Shown here piece after piece: positions 1 through 8,959 of a stretch of 64,000 nt of DNA. The notes beneath the pieces are model-generated. The model ran no database searches and was not told the origin of the DNA. It worked only from the letters and a program-made list of their open reading frames with translations. The stretch is taken from positions 1 to 64,000 of the forward strand of contig CAVTWJ010000018.1 of NCBI GenBank assembly GCA_963738405.1, given 5' to 3'. A program made the position numbers and the translations under genes. The DNA is from a candidate division FCPU426 bacterium. Lineage in GTDB: Bacteria > Oederibacteriota > Muellerivitia > Muellerivitales > Muellerivitaceae. How positions within the stretch are numbered: position 1 is the stretch's first letter; the number at the start of each line of letters is the position of its first letter.

Positions 1-602
1 GACCAAGCCGCTCCGTCGCCTGGGCGCGGCGCAGATTGCAATGCCCTCGATGGACCTTCGCGCCAATATAGTCGCTGCGATTGCGCCGCGCTTAGATCCT
101 GATTGTCTTGCATCCTGGCAGGAATATTGGGTGTTCCATGATCCGGTTCTAGTGCGAACCACCCTTCGCTCGACAAGCGGGCGAAATCTACACACTTGAT
201 AGCTTCATGCTGCGAGAAGAGTTTGCCGCCACACCGGTTTTTAATGAGTTTTGGCGTCCGGCCAAGCTTAGTCTTGCGACGGCCGGCGCCAATTTGCTCG
301 TCGAAGGTCAGTTTTCAGCCCTGATTTTCTTTTCCAACGCGCCCGACAAGGATACCGTGACCGGCGGGAGTTCGAATCTGCGCCGCCGCTTCGGCCTGAC
401 CATCGCGGAATGGCAAAGATGGCCGCCGACATTTTTCGAAAGGGGACGGCCGCGCGGCAGCTGCGCGGCGGCGCGGCATCTCCACGCGACGGCCAAAACC
501 CACCTCTCGAGCATTTTCGAGAAGACCGGAACCCACCGGCAGGCTGAACTCATCCGTCTCCTGCTCGACGCCGGCCGCACCTCACCCGGGCCTTACGCAT
601 AA
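1..602 (+). pseudogene. LuxR-type HTH transcriptional regulator remnant
   Basis: C-terminus TAKTHLSSIFEKTGTHRQAELIRLLL is a typical LuxR HTH end; RRRFGLT.AE precedes it; upstream parts lie in other frames. Confidence 0.6.
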
Positions 603-1018
603 ATCGACGGCTCTGGGAACTGGAGCTCACGCATGTGGCGGCGTCGGCAAGCCTTAACAGAACGCCAGAGATCATTGTCGAGCGCCGCCTCGTAGATCAA
701 ATCGATTAGGGCAATGAGCTCTCTGTCTCGGCTCATGGTACGACCCTATCAGCTCGAAGCGGTCCGCAATGCTCCAGCTCGCAGATCGCGACCCATGGCG
801 GCTTCCTCGATTTTTGAGTAAAAACGAGTTGGTATCGAGCCGAGGCCAGAACGCAACAAAGGTACATAGCCCTTCGTGGCCCGCAAGGCCGCTCAAATCT
901 GATCGTTCTCCGCTCCCCTACCCGGCCCTCCGTACGAACTGGCGTCCGCTCTTTCAATTGTTGAACCAGGATTTCTTGGCCAATATGTTCGTTGCATCAA
1001 GGGCTATTTTTACTTCTT

Positions 1019-1075
1019 AAAGTCTTTTCAGCGCAACTAACAGCCGCTTTGGTCCGGGGAAAATCCGGGAAAAGC
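1019..1075 (+). repeat. Imperfect 57-bp direct repeat, copy 1 (core GGGGAAAATCCGGG)
   Basis: 46/57 identical to 2881-2937 by manual alignment. Confidence 0.75.
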
Positions 1076-1764
1076 ATCAAGAACACCGCGCCAACCGCCT
1101 TAATGTTTTGGGGCGGCGCCGGGCCGGGGTTGACGTTTAGACCTGTAGGGCGGTGTTCGCGCGCTGTCTTTTTGGCGCTTAAGCGGGAGGAAGCACTCGG
1201 CCAGAGGAATAAACTTCGCGCTCTAAAAAGGTGATGGCCGTCGCGATCTTGCGGCAAGGAACCAATCACATTAAAAAAATCAGTTAACGGCGTAGCGACT
1301 GAGACAGACTTAAATGAACTCGCGCGTCGTCCCTAGTCTTGGGACCAGGGAATAGAATTGGCTCAAAATTCTATCGACCGCTTCGAGCGGCGGCCATTCG
1401 GGAGCCAGAAAAGACTATCGCTTCAGGCGGAATTTCTCATGGGCAGATCATTGCCAGACGCTAGGTCGGGGCATATTTGGGTCCGAAACATAGGCGATCC
1501 AGACGAATGTTGGCGGCGTGGGACTTGAAATCTTGCCGCTTTAGACGCCGCCGACCGCGCTGAAATTCAATGACTTGAGCCGCCTTTGAGAACATTTACG
1601 GCACGATTTTACGTAAAAAGGCCGTTTATTTTTCCTATTCGCACCGTCACGGAAGCAGGGGCATGGCACGACCCTTCTTATGGAGGGTCCGGCGACTTCC
1701 TGCGGTGCAGGGGGGGGCGCGGCGCTACCGTCACAATTGGAAGGTCGGCGTTGGGGAGGTCGGG

Positions 1765-2803
1765 ATGGGCGCAGTGATCGCGTATGTGGTATCCGGCTCA
1801 GTTGCTGCCAGCGCAGTGACACCGGTGGATACGGTCATCCATACCGCCGGCTCACCCATCGTGATCGGGGGAGGAGCGCAGTCGATCGCGGTGACGCCCA
1901 ATGGGAAGACCGTCTATGTCCCCAACGGCGTGCTCAACACTGTGACTCCGATCCACACGGCCACCAACACGGCCCGCCCGCCGATACCGGTGGGCGGCGA
2001 ACCGTTCGCCCTCGTCGTGACACCCAACGGCAGAACCGTCTACGTCGGCAACACCAACTCGGACTCGGTGACGCCGATTCGCCTCTCCACCAACAGCCCA
2101 CTGGCTGACATCCCGGTTGGCAACGCGCCGAACCGCGTCGTGATCACACCCGATGGCAGAACCGTCTACACCGTCAATGACACCGACAACACGGTCACGC
2201 CGATCCGGGTGTCGACCAACACCGCCGGGCCGGCGATCCCGGTCGGGGGGTTCCCCAACTCCGCCGCCATCACCCCCGACGGAAAGACGCTCTACGTCGG
2301 CAACCTGAGCGATGCCACCGTGACGCCGATCCACGTGCCGACCAACACGCCAGGGCCGCCGATTCCGGTCGGCAATGGGCCCTGCCGCCATCGTCGTCAC
2401 CCCGAATGGGAAGATGGCCTATGTCTCCAACGCAGACGATGACACCGTGACGCCCATCCGCACCGCCACCAACACGGCCCTGCCCGCAATCCCGGTGGGC
2501 CACCAACCCTTCGACATGGCCCTCACGCCCGACGGTCGGACGCTCTACGTCCTCAATTCTGGTGGCGACAGCGCGACGCCGATCCGGGTGGCCACCAACA
2601 GGGCGGGTGCCTCCATTCCGGTCCCGCCTCAGGCGTTCACCCTCGCCGTCACTCCAAACGGCAAGACGCTCTACGTGACCGCAGGCCCCAATCTGCTCAT
2701 CCCGATCCGCACCTCGACCAACCATCCCGGAACGCCCATCGTCGTCGGGATATCGCCCAGCGCCATCGCCTTCGCCGTTGTGGGATGGCAGCTCCCTTGG
2801 TAA
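1765..2803 (+). CDS. YVTN/YncE-type beta-propeller repeat protein with one frameshift near 2380
   Basis: About eight ~42-aa repeats (TPDGRTVYV.N...TVTPI...TNT...PIPVG..P) split over ORFs 1663..2442 and 2375..2803; GGGGAGG RBS before ATG 1765. Confidence 0.8.
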
Positions 2804-2841
2804 GGGAGAGGCCTAGAGTTCAATCCTCTCTCGCAGCACCA
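2792..2841 (+). mobile_element. 3' fragment of tRNA-Thr(GGT), att-site scar
   Basis: CTCCC-TTGGTAA-GGGAG anticodon arm, GTTCAATCC T-loop, ends GCAGCACCA; 5' half absent. Confidence 0.8.
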
Positions 2842-2880
2842 CTCAAACCCTCTGAAAATGTTGGTCTTTTCGACGTCACA

Positions 2881-2937
2881 AAAGACATTTAGGCGCAGGT
2901 AACAGCCGTTTTAGTCTGGGGAAAATCCGGGGACAGC
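2881..2937 (+). repeat. Imperfect 57-bp direct repeat, copy 2
   Basis: Matches 1019-1075; lies 40 bp after the tRNA-Thr fragment. Confidence 0.75.
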
Positions 2938-3042
2938 TTTTCAAAGTATGATTTTGGTGCCTGTAGAGGGAGCCGACGATCCTGTGCTCTCAAAAGCGGC
3001 CAATTGGCCGCTTTTGCCAACGTCTCTCCGGACGCTGGACAG

Positions 3043-3085
3043 GCGGTTTTAAGACCGCTGCCTTAAACCACTCGGCCACCCTTCC
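3043..3085 (-). mobile_element. 5' fragment of a tRNA-Ser(TGA)-like gene, att-site scar
   Basis: Minus strand GGAAGGGTGGCCGAGTGGTTTAAGGCAGCGGTCTTAAAACCGC: acceptor 5' strand, D-arm and anticodon arm with a 6-nt loop (one base short); 3' half absent; just downstream of the integrase. Confidence 0.7.
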
Positions 3086-3166
3086 AAGTATTTGTAAACA
3101 AAAGCGTTTCTAAAAAACTACAACCGACCGATAACCGCCTTTGCTACCGGATTGCTACCGAACGGT

Positions 3167-4319
3167 TCAATTTCTGTCTATTGCGGCGCGTATGGTGGCG
3201 TCAACCTTAGCTGCCGCATCTTCCTGCATCCCGGGCAGGACGTGGGCTATAGAGATCGAGTGTTACGCCACGGTCGAATGCCCGAGGCGTTCTTGCGCGA
3301 CCTTCGGGTGTATACCGTTTGAGAGAAGATGGGTGGCGTGAGTGTGTCTGAGGTCATGAAATCGGATGCGGGGCACATCGGTCGCCTTTGCAAGGATACG
3401 GACGAACTCATGAGTTAAGGCTATTCGGCTGCAAAGGGCACCCGTCCTCTCGAGCGACAATATAGGATTGATCGGTCATCCCGACGCCTACCCTCAAAAG
3501 CTCTTCTGCTTGACAGACGCAGTGTCGCCGCAGCTCCTCGACGACCAGGGACGGGAGAGCAACCGTTCGAGCCCGACCGTTCTTCGTCTCCTTCAATCGA
3601 GTGCCCTTTGTTGTCTGTTCCGTGCTTTCTGCCACCGAAAGCTGCCCGCGAGAAAGATCGACGGAACGCCATCGCAAGGCGGTGATTTCTCCACGCCGGA
3701 GACCACACAGAACAGCCAATAGAACCGGCACGAATATTCGTGTGCTACGAAAATGGGAGAGCAAGCGGGCTGTTTCATGGGGGTCGAGCGCCTTCATCTT
3801 TGTACGCTCGACCTTCGGAGGATCGACGCTATCGACAGGACTGTGCAACAGCGTCCTCCAGCGCACGGCGGTTGCCAGGGCCTGCTTCAAAACGCGATGC
3901 ATGTGATGCACAGTCCGTGACGAGAGGCCTCCCGACCCGTCGCGGCGCCCTGATTTGAGCGCCTTGGCGTAGGCGGTTGCTATCTGGTCCGGGCGCAACT
4001 TCGTCAGAATTGTTTGGCCAAGTAGTGGAACAATGTTTTTACGGGCGATTTCTTGATAGCGTTCGAGGGTGCGCGGTGCGACGCGGGGCTCGATCTGGCC
4101 AAGCCACTTTTCGAGGAATTCTGCGACGGTCACCTTGGAGGGTTCCAGGTAGGCGCCTTGCATAAACTCTGTGATGAGGCGAGAGCATTGGTTTTGCGCC
4201 TCTCGCTTGGTCCCGCGAAATGAATGCCATTTCCGCTTCCGTTTCCCTGTGGCCGGATCGCGCACATCAAGAACGATGGCCCAATGGCCCGGCGAGCGCT
4301 CGCGAATATGGCCCTTCAT
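3167..4319 (-). pseudogene. Tyrosine recombinase (phage integrase), frameshifted near 3420, 3268 and 3245
   Basis: GLRRGEI in ORF 3408..4319; RFHDLRHTHAT...RLGHST in ORF 3263..3460; TLDLYS / HVLPGMQEDAA in further frames to TGA at 3167. Confidence 0.9.
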
Positions 4320-4957
4320 TGTTTTCCTCTACGGCTGCGGTGAGCGAAATCATATCGGCACTTGTCCGAGCAAAACGTCTTATGAGATCGAGTGCCGCTG
4401 GTTCCGCCAGCTTCGAAGAGCGAACCACAAGACTTACACATGCGAATCTGTGCGCCGCTGGCGCTATGAGTGACACATTGCAGCTCGAGAGCGACATAAA
4501 GATCCTTCGGCACAACATTGAAGGTCATTTCGCCCGTCTCGCCGTCCGGCACAGACCGAAAGGTGAAGCTGCCCGGATTATCATAGGGGACGTATCGCCC
4601 GTCCCGGATCTTCCAATGTGCTTTATCCTCGACCATCGCAACCAGCCTGCGCATGCCATTCACTTTATCCCGCCAGATGGAAATTGGGCTCCGATTTTTG
4701 ATTGGTGAGGAGGCCGTATTTCAGCGCAAACGCTTATGGCCTTCGATGGTCGGCTCTGCCTCGGCGAGCCGTTGAAAAACCCAGGAAAGGGCCTCGTCGT
4801 TAACGGTTCGCCGGGCAACCGGCCGAGGCCCTCTGGCGCGCCTCTTCAACCGATTCAGTCGAGCTTCACTGGAGGCCCGCGAACAGCTCTCTCGCAACTC
4901 CTTCAACTTCGTTAGGCGGCGACAAAGTCCATTGAAATGGATCCCAGATCCCTTCAT
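4316..4957 (-). pseudogene. CGNR-like zinc-finger protein of an integrative element, probably one frameshifted gene (intact ORF 4316..4663)
   Basis: CKSC...FCSDKC motif; ATGA overlap with the integrase start; ORF 4721..4957 appears to be its N-terminus. Confidence 0.5.
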
Positions 4958-5065
4958 TCGCCGCCCCTAGCCCGATTTGGTACGTTTTCTCGTTTTATAC
5001 CGTGACTTCGTGGACAAGGCTAGGAAAATATGCAAATTCTCGTCAACAAAGGAACGAGCGGGCAA

Positions 5066-5277
5066 ATGGTGAAAACACGAAAGAAATTCTCAACCAGCCA
5101 ACATGCTCCGTTGAGGAACTTGGAAGGGTTTTTAAGCTTTCGAAGAATCCAGCCTACGAGGCCGTGAAGCGCGGTGATTTCCCATCGATCCGCGTTGGGG
5201 GTCGCATTCGCATCCCAACTGCCCCGCTTCGCCAGATGCTTGGTCTCGCATCATCTGACAACGCCTCTTCGTCTTAA
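5066..5277 (+). CDS. Excisionase-like HTH DNA-binding protein (start uncertain, frameshifted)
   Basis: SVEELGRVFKLSKNPAYEAVKRGDFPSIRVGGRIRIP fits the HTH_17/Xis pattern; divergent from the integrase. Confidence 0.75.
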
Positions 5278-5715
5278 TTTTTTCAAAGGAACGATAAATG
5301 GAAAAGGAAAAGCGTTTTCTAGAGATTTATAATTCAACCATTAGAATTGGACATCTGTTTGAAAAAACGCTCCGACGAATAGCACATTGTAAATGAAAGT
5401 TGTATTATTACACATAATATTAACAAATATTTACACTTTCATACAATACACTTCGTCTTTATACTTTTCATTCACCATCGGCCGCGGTAAAACATATATA
5501 TAGCTGAAGAATCTGATAGGTGTTTTCCCTCAACAATATACATTGTCTGAAATATTAGTTCTACTTTCGCTAAATACCAGAATGAACGTTCAGATTGGTT
5601 GGTTTTCTCATGTATAAATACTTTTATTATATTCCATATTTTGCCGTTTTTATTTACCCTCTACCTTCACCGAAAGCGCTTGGCACGCTCGCCCTCCACA
5701 TTGAAGGGGGCGCTG

Positions 5716-5985
5716 ATGACCACCGACAATCTGGTCGAAACGACAACCGTATCGACGCCACCATCGATGCGGCCGAGGAGATATGCGATCCGCTGGACGG
5801 GCTGGTCGAGAAGACCGCCACTGATCCCGGCGCGCCCTTCGCACCCGATGCATTGGGAAAGTCACTAGCCGCGCTGAAGAAGAGGGACCGCTCCGCGTTC
5901 GAGGCTCTTCGCGCACGTCTCAAGAAAGCTGGCTGCCGGGTAACGGTGCTCGACGATGCAATCTCAGAGGAGAATGGTGACAGTC
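5716..5985 (+). pseudogene. N-terminal fragment of a mobile-element protein (possibly replication-related)
   Basis: IDAAEEICDPLDGLVEKTATDPGAPFAP...AFEALRARLKKAGCRVTVLDDAI resembles, from recall, the N-terminus of alphaproteobacterial element proteins; ends abruptly. Confidence 0.35.
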
Positions 5986-5989
5986 CAGA

Positions 5990-6930
5990 TCGGTGGTGCT
6001 GCAAGCGTGCTGAGCGGCACGGACTCGGTTCAGGCAACGATCTATCGCGAATACACCGATCCGACGGCCGGCCTAACGACAGCGCAACTATGGACCGCGA
6101 CCGTTTCTCCGGTGCCTGGTGTGGTCCCGCGCCTTCGTCATCCTGTGGTGGGTCCGGAGCGTGCTGCGGCAATTCAATCACTCAAGATGTTGCGGCGGGT
6201 GATCACATCGATTCCCTCGTCGCCGGCGCCGGGTCAGAGCAGGGATCGCCGACAAACTGGGACCCGCAGATCGCATACATCGCGGGAACCCCGTGCCAAC
6301 CGAGTGGGAACCAGACGTGCGCTCCCGGCGGAACCTCGACGACGTTCCAGCGTTCGACCAACTTTCGGGCCGCCGACACCAACACGGTCGGTTGGCTCGC
6401 GCCGTGGGCTGGTTCCGTAAACATCACCGGGTCGATCCACCGAGACGCACCGACCGCCGCCACCGTGCAGGTGTTCTTGCGTCACACTTCCTATGCCACC
6501 GATTCTTCGACGTTCGCTGGTACGCCGATCTCGTCGACAATCCTAAGCGATATTGCCAGCACCACCGACACGGCGATTGCATCGTTTGGTAGCCCAGGCG
6601 TACCTAGTAGCGCAACCGTCCTCTTGCTCTCAGCGAGCGATTCCACACTCGACTTTTCCACGGACGGGAGCACCACCGTTCAGGCAGGTGACGAACTGAT
6701 TTCAGCGTCCTGACCGACGCTGCGGTCGACCCAGCGACGTTCCATTGGAGTCCGCAAGTAACCTTCGACCACATGTGCGCAGGCTCTGATTGCCACGCGA
6801 TCAGCGGCTGCCCGACACCATTTTCGGGCTGCGCCGTCGATGCCTCCGGTCTTCCATCTGGACCGCCTGCTCTCTGCAACGTGGACTCGGCCGCAGGAAA
6901 ACGACATTGCCCGCAACCGTTCCGCTCTCG
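5990..6930 (+). pseudogene. Internal fragment of a large Thr/Ser/Cys-rich, probably extracellular, protein
   Basis: Protein-like reading hops among ORFs 5956..6420, 5595..6713 and 6773..; no start or end visible. Confidence 0.35.
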
Positions 6931-6934
6931 CAGG

Positions 6935-7411
6935 TCACGGATTCTTACCGGCATCATCATGATCGCCATGGGGCTTTGGTATTTTTACAAGAAGAAGAAA
7001 GAGGTAAAGAACCGCATATTGAATTGGTTTCTGACGAAACTAAAAACCATGAACGCCTGGTTTGCCTTCGCGATTGGCTTCGTCTTTTCCGTCTTATGCT
7101 TCCCCATGTCCATTCCCTACTTGTTGGCCTTGGGCAAGTTTTCCACCATGAACCTGGGGCTTGTGGGTGTGACCGGATGGATTCTGTTCTACAACGTCGT
7201 CTATGCCCTGCCCATGATTCTGGTATTGGGGATTTACCTGATGGCCCGGCGGAACATTGATTTTGACCATGATTCCCTGCATGAGCACGCCAAAAAGCTA
7301 AATCTCCACCTTACGACCTGGACCATGGTGGGCTTCGGGGTGTTCTTCTTGATTGATGCGGGGTGCTTCTTCGCCTTTGGGCAGGCGCTGATTAAGGGAA
7401 GATATTTTTAG
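6935..7411 (+). CDS. Membrane protein, GAP/CcdA-like, 5'-truncated
   Basis: Four hydrophobic helices, FPMSIPYLLAL and ILFYNVVYALP motifs; joined in frame to an unrelated Cys-rich segment. Confidence 0.55.
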   Translation, partial: SRILTGIIMIAMGLWYFYKKKKEVKNRILNWFLTKLKTMNAWFAFAIGFVFSVLCFPMSIPYLLALGKFSTMNLGLVGVTGWILFYNVVYALPMILVLGIYLMARRNIDFDHDSLHEHAKKLNLHLTTWTMVGFGVFFLIDAGCFFAFGQALIKGRYF

Positions 7412-7537
7412 GTGGTTTGTTACCCCCTTCTCCGCAGGGTAGCACCCCCACCCTTCCCTTTTCCTCATGGGGAGAGGGTCTACCTGCCAATTTAGTTACC
7501 CGGCTTCGGGGCCAAATGGTCTTTCCTGCTCAAATTC

Positions 7538-7788
7538 CCTTGTTTCAACGGAAATTTCTTAACCGCTCAACTCAAAAACTCTTATTTCAATGGAAAATTC
7601 GACTTGTTTAGCAGTAATACCGACCCTGTTCAGCGTAAAAAGCCTTATTTCAACGGAAATTTCTCAACCCTTCATCTCAAAACCCTTATTTCAACGGAAA
7701 TTCTGTTCCTGTTGCATGGTAAAAATCTATTTTTTCAACGGGAATTTTCCACTCTTCCAACGGAAAAGGAATTTTTTCAACGGAAATA
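7538..7788. repeat. Array of 7 direct copies of consensus ATTTCAACGGAAAT
   Basis: TT(T/C)CAA cores at 7543, 7585, 7648, 7689, 7733, 7755, 7775. Confidence 0.85.
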
Positions 7789-7798
7789 GGATTCGGGC

Positions 7799-8869
7799 TT
7801 AATGAATCTTCGGGGTAAAGCCGGCGGGGTTTTCGCTGACCTGGCTTTTCAGGAACTGGCGCATGGTATCCAGGTAAAGGGCAGTGGAAACCCCCATGGG
7901 CAAAACAAAGAACACGAACCTAAACAGCAGGGCCGCCACCATGGTTTGTTCAAACCCGACCCCCAAGAGGCTGAACACAAAGGCCAGGGCCGATTCGCTG
8001 ACCCCCAACCCGGCGGGGATAGGGTTGATGGTGGAGGTTAAAAAGAAAACCGTAAAGCCCACCATCAAAAGCCCCAAAGGCAGTTCCACCCCCACGGCAT
8101 TGAAGCAAAAATAAAGCGTCAGGGCCGTGAAGCACCAATCCATGCAGACCCAAAAGAGCACCACCAACAGCTGGATCCAGCCCTTGTGAAAGAACCGGAT
8201 GGTGGCATCCAGGTTTTCCCTTATTTCCGCTAGTCTTTTGTTGGTCGTCTTGCGGCGAAAGATGACATGGCCGATCCAGTTCGCGGTTTTGACGGCCAGC
8301 TTGAAGAACCACCGCCGGAACCCGCCGTGGAAAAAAACCATAAGCATCAAAGCCACCAAGGCCCCCAACCCCACCATGAATCCCAGGACCACCCCTTCGT
8401 TAGCGCCGCCCAAGAATTCTGGATGCTGCCTCAAATAGATCAGCCCCCCGAAGCTGACCCCCGCCAAAACCAGGTTAAAGATCATGTTCTGCGCGAAGGA
8501 CAGGGGAATGGTGGTGGAATAGGGAACCTTGTGCTGTTTTAAAAGGAAAGACCGGATGGCCACGCCCGCCCAACCGCCGGAGGAAAGGATGAAATTGATG
8601 GTGGCCGAAATGAACATGATGGGAAAAAACTGGGTGAAGGGGATTTTATAGGGCGTCAGCTCGAACAAGCCGTTGAAGGAAAGCGTGAAGGCCAGGTAGG
8701 CGATGGCGGTGCAAAGAAGCGCGAAGAGCATGAACTGGATATGGAGATGATGAAAGGTCTCGGCCAATTTAGGCAGGTCGCTCTTGAGGGCGGTGAAAAC
8801 CCCCAAAATCATGATGCCCACCACGAAAAGGGAAACCACGACCAAGGCTTTCTTGTTGGTTTGGCCCAT
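7799..8869 (-). CDS. Lysylphosphatidylglycerol synthase TM-domain (UPF0104 flippase-like) protein
   Basis: Polytopic membrane protein, PIPAGLGVSE and AALLFRFVFF motifs; ATG 8869 preferred. Confidence 0.85.
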   Translation of the reverse strand: MGQTNKKALVVVSLFVVGIMILGVFTALKSDLPKLAETFHHLHIQFMLFALLCTAIAYLAFTLSFNGLFELTPYKIPFTQFFPIMFISATINFILSSGGWAGVAIRSFLLKQHKVPYSTTIPLSFAQNMIFNLVLAGVSFGGLIYLRQHPEFLGGANEGVVLGFMVGLGALVALMLMVFFHGGFRRWFFKLAVKTANWIGHVIFRRKTTNKRLAEIRENLDATIRFFHKGWIQLLVVLFWVCMDWCFTALTLYFCFNAVGVELPLGLLMVGFTVFFLTSTINPIPAGLGVSESALAFVFSLLGVGFEQTMVAALLFRFVFFVLPMGVSTALYLDTMRQFLKSQVSENPAGFTPKIH

Positions 8870-8905
8870 CCCGCGCTCCCGGAAATAGAAATTCGTAATC
8901 AAAAT

Positions 8906-8933
8906 AAAAAAGCCCTGAGGCGGCCAGGGCTTT
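8906..8933 (-). terminator. Intrinsic terminator after the gyrA-kinase operon
   Basis: AGCCCTG/CAGGGCT stem followed by a T-run on the minus strand. Confidence 0.65.
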
Positions 8934-8959
8934 AAGGTTCAGGTCTCTTCCTTCGAAAC

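Noticed and set aside
2792..3085. Functional tRNA genes
   Set aside because: Each is only half a tRNA, and they are different isotypes on opposite strands
5595..6713. 372-aa ORF as a single gene
   Set aside because: It crosses compositionally unrelated segments and includes out-of-frame stretches
7538..7788. CRISPR array
   Set aside because: The unit is only ~14 bp, spacing is irregular, some spacers resemble each other and no cas operon is present
7417..7802. Short ORFs over the repeat array
   Set aside because: The repeats switch frames and the ORFs lack a clear RBS; they look like by-products of the array
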